DNA of 61,251 nt, counting the filler, from Thelocarpon superellum (taxonomy: Eukaryota), in the NCBI GenBank assembly GCA_026025795.1. It is 3 parts of 3 records of this genome, joined end to end, with 100 filler letters (N's around TTAATTAATTAA, not from the genome) between each part and the next. Parts side by side here need not be neighbours in the genome. Positions count along the whole stretch, not along the records: positions 1 to 20,433 come from JAPEUG010000325.1; 2 more parts are not named here. One strand, written 5' to 3'. Position numbers and translations under genes: made by a program. Below are positions 1 through 12,200 of this stretch, one piece after another. How positions within the stretch are numbered: the first letter of the stretch is position 1; each line of letters starts with the position of its first letter. The notes under the pieces were generated by a model. That model saw only the letters and a list, made by a program, of their open reading frames with translations. It did not search any database and was not told the origin of the DNA.

Positions 1-755
1 GACACGCTTTCTGCAGTAAAGATATTAGCTGCCATGCGGGACGCGTGGTTGAGGCTGTGCTGTGACGACGAAGATGCCGTGTGTCGGTATCGCTCTGCCG
101 CTGCAATTGTATGGTAAGAGGAAACGACCAATCGCATTGATGCGGCGCAGGATGTACGGATTGGCTGCAACGTCAGACGGCGCCTGTAGAAGGGAACTGT
201 CAAATTTTGCGATTGCCTGCCAAGTAGATGAGATTAGTGAGTCTGGGGAGAACATGAGGCGGATTGAGTATCCCGCAGTAGGTACTCGGCCGAATTGCTT
301 GACCAAGGACAGGATGACAAATATTGGCCATCTTGACCGTATGGATGCCTAATGCCAAGCTGAAATGGTACGGATGGAGGGCGGCGGCAGTTCGGCCATG
401 GCGACGCTCCCGTGCAAGGGACCGTTGATTGGGGCGGTGCTTAGCTCCGGGGAGGATGGTTTGCCTTCCTTAGCCGACCCGCTGGCGATGACGATCCTCG
501 TGGCCAGGACATGAGCCGTGACTGCGGCCGTACCTGTGACGAATGTCGATTGCCGATTTGGTCCCTTATGCCGTGAGACCGCTGTTCGACCGCTTGAGGC
601 CCACGTTCCCAGATCCCCTCGAGCTGGCGGAGCGTGCACGATCGGGGTTCGCGCCGTGCTGGTCGGGGAGCTGATCGCTACTTGACCAAGCTGCCTTTCT
701 TGATTCAACGCTGCTCGTGGCCATCGCCGCCTGTCCGCGCTGATTCGTCCTCACC

Positions 756-2506
756 ATGCAAGCTCGCATCCAGCTGGACCGACCTCATGCCCACTTCACC
801 AACCTGGACCACATCACCGGTCGTGTCATCCTCAGCCTCACCACGAGCGAAAGTGTAGCCTCCATCGTGGTTAAATTAGAGGGCGAGAGCAAGACCAGAC
901 TCAGCGGCCCCCGCCTCTCCGCCAACAATGAGCGCCGTAGTGACCGGACCGAGGTGGAACTGCACAAGGTGCGTGTGAGACCCTTTCCATTGGCGGGATA
1001 CTCACCGCTGGCATAGGTTTTGTACAAGGTCGCCGAGGTGTTTCCCTCCAAGGAGATTAAGCAGCGGACGTCCTCAACGGCTGGGTACACGTTGAAAGCG
1101 GGGCAATATGAATATCCCTTTGAGTTCAAGGTCGGCACATCTGTGCTGTGGACATGCTCAAGCTGACCCATCCATTGATAGCTACCCATGAACAATAACT
1201 GTCAAGCAAACAATGGTCTCATCAGCGCCCTCAACTTTTCCGGATCTCGACTGGACATTGGTCGGGACGCGGAACCCCATTGCAAGAACACCTTGCCTCC
1301 GTCCTTGACCGGCTTTCCCGGCGAGGCCGACATCCGGTATTACGTCAAGGTCACGGTGCAACGGCCCAAGTTCTACCAAGAAAACCGCCGCGCTGTAGGT
1401 CTGCCCCGAGCCTGCACCAGCGCCGTCTCATGTGATGCAGTTTGCCGCCTTTCGGTTTTTACCCATCGAGCCACCACGACCCGAAGCCACGAAACAAGAG
1501 ACGTATGCCCGGCGACAACATGAATTCGCTCCGGGACCGCCGGCCGTTTCGCGACGGGGACTGTTCGACTCGGGAAAGAAATCGGCACCTCCGCCGCGCT
1601 CATCCGAGCAGGCACGATTTCGAGTCGATGCACGACTCCCCAACCCAGCCATCATCACCTGCAACGAACCCCTGCCGCTTCGTGTGTTGGTGCAAAAGCA
1701 GTCGGCGAGCTCAGAGTCCGCCATTCTCCAGATGATACAGATCGAGCTGATCGGGTACACGCACGTTCGCGCCCATGATCTCACGCGCGTCGAGGTGGGC
1801 AGCTGGGTCATTATGAGCTACAGCAACATGTCGATTCCGCTCGGCGACGGCAATACCCCGGAGGGGACCGACATCAAGATCGACGAGAAGTTATGGAAGA
1901 ACATCCCGATACCCAACACTGTGGCGCCTTCCTTCTACACGTGCAACATCCGACGCTCGTACGAACTCGAGGTACGGGTGGGATTGGGATACGGTAGCGT
2001 CGGGAAGATCCGGGTACGTCTCCACTTCCACGCATTCGCCGAGCACGCACTAATCTCCTATCAAGCCGGAACTCATCGTGCTCCCGCTCCGACTGCCAGT
2101 AGAGGTGTACTCGGGCATCGCGCCGCCACGGGCACTGCTCGAAGCACTCGCGAAGGCGCAACGGCCCGAGGTCGCTTCGCCCACGGTCGCGCCCCCCTAC
2201 ACCGCCGGCCCGTCTGGAGCATCCAACCCGTACCCAGGCCAAGCGGGACCAGCCACGAGCACGAGCCCCGAAGACCTCCCGCCGCCGCCCAGCTACGAAG
2301 ATGCCATCGCCGAGGACATTGCACCAGTGGATGGCCTACGGCGCGACTACGCAGACATGCCGGCGGAATTGGATGGAGGTGGGCCCGCGTCGTCGTCGTC
2401 GACTGGAAATATCCAGAGTGCGATGAGAGGAGGGCGAGTCGCGGGAGGAAGCGGCGAGAAGGGTGGCGGGAGTGCGGACTCGAGACGGGTTTCATTTCCG
2501 GGCTGA
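756..2506 (+). CDS. Alpha-arrestin / arrestin N-domain protein with PY motifs (5 exons)
   Basis: N-terminus 'LDRPHAHFTNLDHITGRVILSL...SIVVKLEGESKT', then 'GQYEYPFEFKLP', 'IRYYVKVTVQRP' and 'VAPSFYTCNIRRSYELEVRVGL' are arrestin-fold motifs. C-terminal PPY/PPSY motifs. GT-AG introns at about 969-1016, 1131-1181, 1397-1440 and 2014-2065 join the ORF fragments. Confidence 0.85.
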
Positions 2507-2820
2507 TCCTCACTCGCACGTTTCGTGCCTTGCGCTTTATCGCGTGTTACGTTACATTACCTTGTTATAAGGACCGATTCGGTAGCGATTATTGATTGAT
2601 TGATCGATTGCGACGGCGGCGTGCCGGGGCGCGGCACTTCTGTCATAGGGAAGAGGAGAAGCGGAGTGTGATGACACGATTTTGTTCCAGGGACGGACGA
2701 GAAGGGAGGAGATGAGAGGGGGTGTGATAGGTAGAGGTACAGGCATACTTATAATGAAGTCAGGCTCTTAGTAATTGTCTATGTCTATATCTGTATCCAT
2801 GGACGCTCATGTGTCTCCTC

Positions 2821-4823
2821 TTACTCCTGCTCCTGCTCGTGTACGATATCAGAATAAGGCATGACACCAGGAAGAGGAATCGTAGACCCAGGCCCAGGAG
2901 AAGTAGGAGAAGAAGAAGAAGAAGAAGAAGAAGAAGAAGAAGACGAGAATAAAGTAAAGGCCCGAACAACAGCGACCAGCTCCGCCCGTCTAATTTCCGA
3001 GTCGAAGATCTGTGCGTGGTCCAGTTCAGGGAGATAGTGAATCTCCAGTCCGTTTCTTTCTTTTCGTATCTTCCCTTTTCTCATAGCCTCTCTTTTTCGC
3101 TCGCTTTCACTGCCCCTTTCGTCCTCGTCCTCGTCCTCGTCCTCGATCTCGTTCCTGCTGTCGTCGCCTTCTTGTACGCGGGTCGTCCCCGAGTGTGGTG
3201 AAGCAAGCTCAGACTCCGTCAGGTATTCATAGACTTTCTTCGTGTTCACGATCAGGTCGTGCCCGGCGAGAAAGACGGCCGTTCTCGGTTTTGTTTCCTG
3301 CACTTGGATGATAGGGCTGCCAGTAGTGCCAGCGCCAGCGCCAGTGCCAGCGCCAGTGGCAATGGAGATGGAGGCGTCAGAAGTCGACGGGATGTACCCT
3401 GGCAATTCCGTCTTCCAGATGATGTTCTCCGCCCAGAAGAAATGACGTGCCAGCGTATGCGACACCCCCATGTCCATGCTGGCGAAATGCCAGAGCTGGT
3501 GCTCGTTGGCTCGTACTGGTACACGTCGCGTCTGCACATTCATCATGTCAGCGAGGGAAAGGATAGAAGGGAGGAATCGCGGGGGACTGTACAAAGTTAT
3601 ACGCTACATCTGGAAGGTGAAGCAGGATGGTGACGGGGTCAACAAGAACGAGCTTGACAATGCCTGCGGATGTTTCCGGGTCTTGCAGCAGGTGTGTTGC
3701 AAGGACCGAGCCGTATCTACCAGTCCTCACGAGTCAGTCCACGCCGTAACCTGAGCGAGAAAGCGTACGAATGAGTCACCAGGACGTATTTCGTCCAGCC
3801 GTGATGGCGCAAGATGGTCTGGATTTGCATCCGCATCTCGTGCTTGGATAGCGCAGGAGAGGTGATGCGGAATGACACCGGCATAATCTCCAGTGCGATG
3901 ACGCCCGGCTCGCCATCTTCGTCGGGGTGAGGCCGGTTCAGCTCGGCAAGAAAGGGCGCGTATGGGAAAAGGCCAATGCCAATCCCGTGGAGGAAGAGGA
4001 CGGGGAGACGGGTGGTGGAGGTGTGGGGACGGTGCCAGTAGGAGACCTTCGCCGACGGCGAGACATGCCTGCTCAGGAGCGTTTGGGTACGCGGGGGAAA
4101 GACGTGCAAGAAGCGGACGAGGGGGGTGCGGTAGTGATGGAAGCGGTGCCAGTGGAGCCGGAATGAAGTGGCCATGTCAACGATCATGATACACTGCAAC
4201 ACGTCAACACGACCCTCCTGCGTTAACCCGATCGCGGCGAGCCGTACCAGATACCAAAAAAGACTTCGCTCCAACATCGGCACCCGATCCAGGGTCAAGC
4301 GTAGGCACTGGATATCGGCTCGCCCGGGTGGAATGTGGATCCCAAATTTCTCTTCCATCCGACTGACGTAGCCCTCGAGCTCCTCGTCGTCGAGCTCGGC
4401 ATCCGTCATCTGGCCGTCGAGAAAGGCCCAGCAAAAGAACTCCTTGACGTTGTCTCGTCGGATCTGAGCCAACGGGACACCCATGAACCATTTGGACAGG
4501 TAGCTCTCGGGATTGTCGACCGTGGCCAAACATCGCTCGCTCAAGGCAATGCGTTGCTCTCGCGAAACTGCATCCGGGTGGATCGCGGCGCTCTGAAGAG
4601 ACCATCGGCGGGGCAAGTAGACGAACACGATGAAGAGCGTGTCGAGCACGGCCCATGCCTCCAGGACCAGAGGGAGACGAGGAAGACGAGCGAAGGAGGT
4701 GAGGGACAGTAGGACCGCCACGATGAGGTAGCAGAAATAGCCAAGGCTGACGAAGACGAGCGAGCGCAGCAGGACGATCCAGAACTGAATGTGGACATAG
4801 TCCCAGGTCGAAGTGCCGATCAT
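2821..4823 (-). CDS. Membrane-anchored alpha/beta-hydrolase fold protein (4 exons)
   Basis: Two N-terminal hydrophobic segments; 'PVLFLHGIGIGL'; nucleophile elbow 'VTHS|YGS' formed across an intron; 'LVLVDPV'; C-terminal 'LDHAQ' His. Intron 4247-4194 is in-frame, and two more introns lie near 3770-3717 and 3593-3533. Confidence 0.8.
2908..2943. repeat. (AGA)n / (TCT)n trinucleotide microsatellite encoding poly-Ser at the hydrolase C-terminus
   Basis: Direct reading: agaagaagaagaagaagaagaagaagaagaaga. Confidence 0.9.
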
Positions 4824-5655
4824 GATGCGCGATGGTCACCATGAGGGGATTCCAAGGGGAAGAGAACAAGGTCTAAGCTCTACAGGTATGACCATCCTCT
4901 ACGAGACAGGTACTACTGATGTCAATATTGTCACGTCACGGAGCAGTAGTGTTCATCGACAGGGTCCAGTGGCGTGACGCATACATGAGAAACAAGGGCC
5001 ATTCAACCCGCTTCGTCACGTAGTTAGGGCGAAGTAGGTAGCGCAACTGGCACGGTGGCTCAAGTTCGCTTACGCTTGGGCACGGGCTTAGGCGTTGGAG
5101 GCGTTGAGCGATACGAAAGGCGTTGGGACCTGTTCCTCGTCAAGCGCCGAGTTAGGTGGTAACATAACATATTTTTAGGCTTCGTGATTAGGCAGCCTTG
5201 GCGGGGGCCCCTCGTACACGTGCTCGCCACTCGTATTTTGTTCACACGGGTACGACCTTGAGCTTCCATGGACTTCGAGTTGGGAGGCCTTCAAGATTAT
5301 TTGAATTGCACTCGGACACACGGAGCGCTCCCTGGTAGAGATAAACGCCTTCCACCTCTTCCAACTCCACGGAGTGCCCCGAGGCATCCAGATGCTTACC
5401 ATGGAAGATTTCCTCTCCTACTCGAATCGCAAGTCGACTTCTCTGTCCGCGCGATTCGCCGTCTATGGTCCGCGGCAGCCGTGTAGATCACTGGCCGGTT
5501 CCTTGCCCCTCTGGAAACCAGATTCGACCCAGCGCAAACGGGTCAACAGGCCAAGAACACCATGGCTCTCTTCATCCCTGCGTCGGACTTGATCGGACCG
5601 ATGTCACGGAGCAACGGAATGCTTCGGTCGCAATGGATCAAGGTTCGTCCGTTGA

Positions 5656-7480
5656 TCACGTCGGTCGTCGCAGGGGATGCGCCTCGGTGTTACTGCTCCC
5701 GTTAGCTCACCCTCTCCTCGTGGAGGGACCGACTCACAAGACGTATTCGTCCAGGCTTATCAAGCTCGGCTCGCTGAAGATCAGGTAGAAATACTTCAGC
5801 GTCTCGCCAAGCCAGAAGCTTTCCATGCTGTCTGCGTGCTGCGGATTGGCGCTGGTGACGTCGTCAATGGCGGAGCTCGCGATGTCGGTCCTCGTGGCCT
5901 TTTCGATTGCTTGGAACATGGTCCAGGCTTTGTCCTGATAGCTCCGGTCACCCGTGGTTCGATAGTGGATGAAGACGGACTCGATCGCTTCCGGTCGTAA
6001 GATGTATTTACGGTCCCCCCAGGATTGAATCCCACGCGGCACTTCATCGTCCGTGATCTTGACCGCGTTCCACTGCGCCTCGTCCCACTCACAGCGATCC
6101 GCATCCTGGCAGGGGATGACATGAAAAGACTCTGGCATGATGCCGGTTGACGTGACCGAGTATGCCCACACGCATCCGTCCACGAGCCGTCGGCCGACGT
6201 CCATGTCTTGAGGCCGATCAAAGATCTTGCTCGCTAATTCCACCATGCCGCCGACAAAGCAGGCCAGATGCTGCCCTTCTGCGTCTAGCACCGGATTGCC
6301 GGACGCGTGGTCTATGCGGACGTTGCCGGACAGGAGCACATCGCGTGCGTCTGGGAGCATAGGCCGGTAGAAGACGTGGCGCTTGACGACTTCAATGGCC
6401 TTGAGGTACATCTTCCGCGGCTGGTCCAGGACGCCCCCGAGCAGAAGATATTGCTAGCCGGCGCGGTCAGGGCCAGACGGGTTGGGGGCGGGGCAGGGCC
6501 GTTCTCACCTTGGGGAGGTACTCGTATGTTGAGTCACTCAAGGCGCCCAAGGAGAAGCGGTTGTCAATCCGGAACGACAGCTGCCTGGCGTCGTTGATCA
6601 AGGGCCACATGCCGGGCAGCTGGGTGTAGTCCTGCGCCTTCTCCAACTCATCGGAGATGCGCTGCACGGCGTCGTAGAACTTTGGGTCCCCAGTCAACTG
6701 CGACAGCCGGGTGAACTCGAGGCTGAGCGAACCCAGCTCGGCAATGGAGGTAGCGGGCGACGCCGCCTGGCTCTCATTGTCTTGGGCCCCCTTCCACCGC
6801 CACCAATTGACGGGCATCCGGTTGGGCGTATCGAAGGCGGCGTACAGCATATCCGCCATCTCGACCGCCATGTCTAGCAGGATGGGATAGCGGGCGCCGC
6901 TGACATCGTAGGCGGCCAACAGGCCGCCAAAGTGTCGGATCGTGGTCTCGAAGATGCTGCGCGTCTCAGCCTCGATGGCGGTGAGGTCGATGCCGGCGCG
7001 GAGGGCGAGGATGGCTTCCTCAAACTCGCCCTTTTCTCCCATGATCCACAGAGTATCCAAGCTGTCGACCAACGTCGTGGCCCATCCAAAAGAGCGGGTC
7101 GAGCCCCCTTTCACCGGGGTCAGCTCGTCTTGGAGCCAGGCGTGCTGTTTATAGCCGCGCCAAGAATGAAGCAAGCTCGCCTTGACCGCCTGCTGCCTCG
7201 CCAGCCTCGTCGTTCGCTCCCCGGCGCTCTCCCGGCGAGGGTCGTGTTGAATGCGGGGAATCTTGCGTCCTCGGCCGGTGGGCAACGCGAGCATGGCTGC
7301 GACCGGATACTGTTCCACCCGGTGGGCCCAGTCAAATCGATCTGGGGCCGGGATTGGTCGCACGTAGGGATGCCATGGCGTCTGCCATTGTGCACCGTCA
7401 GAGAAGGCCCGTCGAGTAAGTAGGTAGAGAGCGATGGCGAAGATGGCGAGGGCGACCAGCACCCGCGCTCGGAGCTTCAT
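5656..7480 (-). CDS. Class I alpha-1,2-mannosidase (GH47), type II membrane protein (3 exons)
   Basis: Signal anchor 'RVLVALAIFAIALYLL'; motifs 'WATTLVDSLDTLWIMG', 'FETTIRHFGGLL', 'LGALSDSTYEYLPK', 'YILRPEAIES', 'DSMESFWLGETLKY'. Terminal exon 5692-5656 gives 'FNTEAHPL'. Introns 6508-6454 and 5737-5693. Confidence 0.95.
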
Positions 7481-9247
7481 CTTGGAGCAAACGCGAACGG
7501 TCGGCAATCCTTGGCCGTGGTCGTCTCAATCCGGCAGCGCTTTCTCTGGTGCGGGCGTTATCTTGTCGCACATGATGTCCACTCCGCCGCCATGTCACAC
7601 AGGCTCGCAGGCGACGGCCTGGTAGCGCTATAGTTAGGCAGTGGATCGAATACCGGCAATTGGACTTGGCGTCGAGGGGTGAGCACGGGTTGGAGAGCAA
7701 AGAATGAGAAGGCAGTCGTTCAGGAGCCACAGAAGGGCTCGGCGACTCTGTGGTGAAGCATCAATATTCCGCACCCTCAAAATTATCTCCAGAGCCCAAC
7801 AATACTCGGAGTAGTGGGCGCACAGGAATGTGTCAGAGCCAGCTGCTCGCATCGCCGCTGCGCGCTTGTCTACTTGCACGCAGACGGGATGGGATGCGAA
7901 CTCGTACGTGTCCAACCTCCCCTGGTTTGACACCCAACCTGCCAAGACGTGGTGCAGATTCGCAGAGGCGCTATCCTCCGTCTCACACGCCAGACGAATG
8001 GCACCGCTCCTGTCATGGCATGACGCTGCAGCTGCGGGTAGGCCGGCAAGGGCGTGACCGCTGGCCCGTTTCAGGTACGAGTACGGCCGATCGGCAACGA
8101 CGCAGCCCCGCGTCAGGAACCGGCCCGCAGTTGACATCTTGGTCATGCTGCCAAAGCCTACTGTAGCACAATTAGCGACCGGAAGCTTGGATGCCGTTGG
8201 TGGTCGCAATCGTCACGCCAAGGCATCATCCTCGCTGCACGTTTTCACGCAGGCAGGGTCGTGCCCCCTAGGAGGCTAGGCCAAATGTTGTAGTATCTGT
8301 AGCTCCATGCATCTCTCTTCAGTATCGAATAGCCATATCCTCTCCACTGAATGGCGGGCATGTCCTGAACGGCAAGCATTGTGTGCCACTCTCGCACATG
8401 CTGGGAGCTGGGAGCTGGGAGCGACACGCTCGGCTTGCAGCCAAGCGAGCGGTGGAAGATGGCCTCGCGTGTTCGTACGCCGTCTGCACAAACTCAGGAG
8501 CGCACAATCGATTTGATCAATTCACCTCACCACACCACTCTTCACGGATGGTCGATGCCAACCCGCATCAGATGCCGCCTCGTCCGTGGAGTCGGCGCCT
8601 CCCACACCTGAGGTGACCTGTCGATCTCCAACTTCGTTCAGGATATCCAACCCGAATCCCGCTGTTCTCGGGGTGCGGGTGCCGATGGTTTTGGGTCGCG
8701 TCTAGGTTGCGTGGCAGCCATGTGCACACCCGGCATGAAACGTATCCATGTCCTCTCGATTTTCTTTTTCTGACTTTAGCTCCATCTCACCATCTTCACC
8801 CCCATCCGCCCGTCCTCCACCCATGTCATGCTCTGATCCCAAGCCACTGGGCGTCACGCTTACTGTGCCGCCCAGCCACGTGGAGCCACCCACACGACGC
8901 TGCATCGACTACGCATTAGATGCGTCTCGGGCGGCAGGTCCATGCCCCTGGGGAAGCTGAGCCGCCGCTCAACCCTGTCTTGCAGCCATTCTCGGCATGG
9001 AAAAGTCTCACTAGGGTTGTTTCTTTACTTCCTGATACGACTGCTGGCAGGGTCAAGACACCCTCCTACTATTACGCCGGGTATTGGTAGCCGCTGAAGC
9101 CCACCAAATCGATCGGATGGCTGCCCAGCCGGCATGCGGTCTTCACGCGGCCTCGGGGGTGAAGAGGAGATTTGCTGTCCATAAAGGCGGACCAGTCCCC
9201 CTTCCCTGCCCCCGCTATTGTTATCCCATCTATATTCTGCTTCCGCC

Positions 9248-12200
9248 ATGTCTGTCAATAACGATGCCACGAAGGAAGCCAGAAGGGTGGTGGAAGAAAT
9301 CGCCGGCGACAATGGCGTCTTCACTCCCGAGCGCAGGGCGTTGGAAACCCCGGCCAGCTTGAGAACGATAGACAATCTGAAAGGCATTGCCTTGGCAGCC
9401 GCTCAGAAGTACCCAATCCTGTGATGAGTGGACAACAGCAGGGGGAGAACTGACGCTCATAGGCTGGCTGGCGATCTATATGACAAACCGACTCACTTCA
9501 TTCTCGAGTCCATTCAGAACGCCGACGATAATGCGTATGCTCCAGGTGTACTCCCAAAGTTACGCCTCTACCATAGCGTTGGCTGCATCTGGATGGATTG
9601 CAACGAGCTCGGCTTCGAAGAGGCCCACGTCCGGGCCTTGTGCAATGTGGGCAAGAGCACCAAGGGAAGTGGAAAGGGACGCCAAGAGGGCTACATTGGC
9701 GAGAAAGGAATTGGCTTCAAATCGATCTTTAAGGTGGCTGAGCGCGTGCACATTAACTCGCCACCCTATTCCTTTGACCTGGACGGGTCCCGGGAGATGG
9801 GCATGATCACTCCCCGCTGGGTAGTCCCGGATCCGGAGCCAAGCCTGTCGAGAATGGGCTACCAAACTCAGCTCACCCTTCTCCCTCCGGACGGCAAAGA
9901 CTTTCGGAGCCTCGCCGATGCCTTCCGAGAAATTAGGCCGACATTGCTGATCTTCTTGCGTCGCCTGAAGTCCATCGAGGTCACCGTAAGCCCCTGCTTC
10001 GGCGTAGCAGCTTTCCACACCTCCTATACCACCACCTGGGCTTCGGACAGCGAGTCCGTGACCATCGACGCGCTTGAAATGGGACTGGCAGGAAAGCGGC
10101 AAGAACGGCGCAAGTACTTGGTGGTCAAGGATAGATTTGGTCGTCTTCCCAAGGAGCCACTGCGTACGGACATCAATTCGACCGAAGTGGTGCTCGCGTT
10201 TCCCGTCGACGAGGATGCAAACCTGGTGGACGAGACACAATCTGTACATGCCTTCTTACCCGTTCGTGATATCGGGCTCAAGGTACGTCGCACAGACCTC
10301 GAAACTACGCCTGATGGTAATTTAAGATGATCGAGCAGTTCGTCGTCCAAGCCGACTTTCTCCTTACCTCCAATCGCCAGGACGTGCATGGAGCCAGCCC
10401 GTGGAACCTACGTCTCAGAGAGTGTGTGGTGTCGACCTTTGTGAAAGCTATGGCCCGCTTTCGCGAAGCGGAAGGGCTGAGACATACCTGGATCCGCTAC
10501 CTACCAGACGACGGAGCTGAAGATTTCTGGGGCGGGCTGAAGAATGGCATTCTCGAGAAGATCAAATCCCAGCCCGTTCTCCTATCGCGCGATGGGCGGC
10601 TGGCGGTACCAAATGCGCTCAAGTCCATCGAAGCAGGGTTTTTGGACAGGTATGGAGCTCCACTAGCTGGTCCCGACAGCACCTTCATTTCCCCTCGTTA
10701 CTCCCCGGGAGATGTGCACATCCTCGAGCGACTGGGTGTAGGGACTTTAGGGCGGTGGCGTGGCCTCATCAGACACCTCAACGCATGGGACCCGGCGGAG
10801 TTCGCAAGTCGTTCAGAAGCTTGGCACGAGGATTTTGCAGATGTCTACTTTCGGCAATCGATCTTTCAGCGGCAAACTCTTGCACCGGACCTTTTGCCCC
10901 TGCCATTGATCCCGTTAGAAGGCGGAAGCTGGGCCCGGTCGAGCCGTTATAATGGCGGAGGTGCGATCTACTTCCGCGGACCACCGGGTCTCCGCGAGAT
11001 TCCCGCCGACGTGAAGCTCAGACTTGTCGACGCCAAGGCATCCCAACACAATAGCCGACGCGAGCTCTTCAAGGCCATGGGTGTTACTGAATGCCGTGTC
11101 GGCGACGTGGCATCCCTTATCTTTACCATGCACGAGTCGCCATCGCCTCCACCTTTCGCCAAGGCCATCGCCCATGTGCGCTACATCTTCGGACATGAGT
11201 CGGCGAGAGACGACCCCCGAAGTGCCCAGCTTTGGCTCTTCGATTCTAATTGGAGCGCTGTCAAGGGTCCGGCCCTGTACCTCGACACCGATGCCGGACC
11301 GTTCAGTCCATTCCGGCTCTTCAACAAGCAGCAATCAAGTCGTTTCGCGGCGCGATTTCTTCACGGGGATTACAACGTTCCACAAGAAGAGAAGGTCAGG
11401 TGGACTAGATGGCTAAAGGAATCGCTACGCGTGCAGACAATTCCAAAGCTTGGCGACGGTGACCAGATCTCCGCCGACTTCGCTTTCATTCTGAAAGAGT
11501 GGCCCCAACATGTCCTCGAGCTTTTGAGAACACACTGGGGCATCTATCGCCTATTGATGACTATTGGCATTCGACGCGCAATCGAGAAGTTTGAAGTGAG
11601 CTGCTCTGACGGCCGCAACATGACTCTCCAGCCACTGCGCGGCACAATTGCCCCCGAGCCGACTCTCCGCGACGAAGCTGCCCGTCTTTGCTCGCCAGTC
11701 ACTGTTTCCTTCCTAAGATTGGATCATTATTCTCGCCAGGACTGGGTATTCCTATCATACTTTGGCGTTCATTTCGATCTGGATCTTCCGTTCTACCTTG
11801 GTCTGCTGGAACAGATATCTCTGAAAAAACCCGACGATTGGACACATGCAAGCAGCCTCTATCATTGTATCGGACGACAGGCAGCAAAGTCCCAAAGTGC
11901 ACGTGATCTGGCCAAGTATGCTGTGGGCGATTTCCACTTGAATTCGATTAGGCTGACACCGAAAAGAAAGACTTTCCTTGCTGGCATTCGCATATACTAC
12001 GACGCGTCCTTCTGGTCGGTCAAAAACTGCGTTTGGGATGCTCCGGACGGCTTCACGGCCAGAAAGGCCCTCAAATCAACGTATGGCGACGATGAGGATA
12101 CTTTACGATTGTTCCACGAGATTATCGGTATCAAGAATGCTTCCCCCGCAGCGGTGCTTCGACATCTTGAAAACCGGTCTCTCGACAACACTCCCTTCGA

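Noticed and set aside
1..400. Possible 5' end of a minus-strand gene (MAELPPPSI at ~399 with intron-like signals; MAANIFTAESV at 35 running off the edge)
   Set aside because: I could not assemble a consistent spliced frame or recognise a family; it is truncated by the window edge.
5268..5592. Two short plus-strand ORFs (MDFELGGLQDYLN..., MEDFLSYSNRK...) between the hydrolase and GH47 genes
   Set aside because: Under 75 aa with no recognisable motif; they overlap the likely GH47 3' UTR.
7634..9100. Several 60-190 aa ORFs and a (CTGGGAG)x3 repeat between GH47 and the GHKL gene
   Set aside because: No domain signal or codon bias; best read as a divergent promoter region. No terminal repeats or target duplications flanking the GHKL gene were seen.
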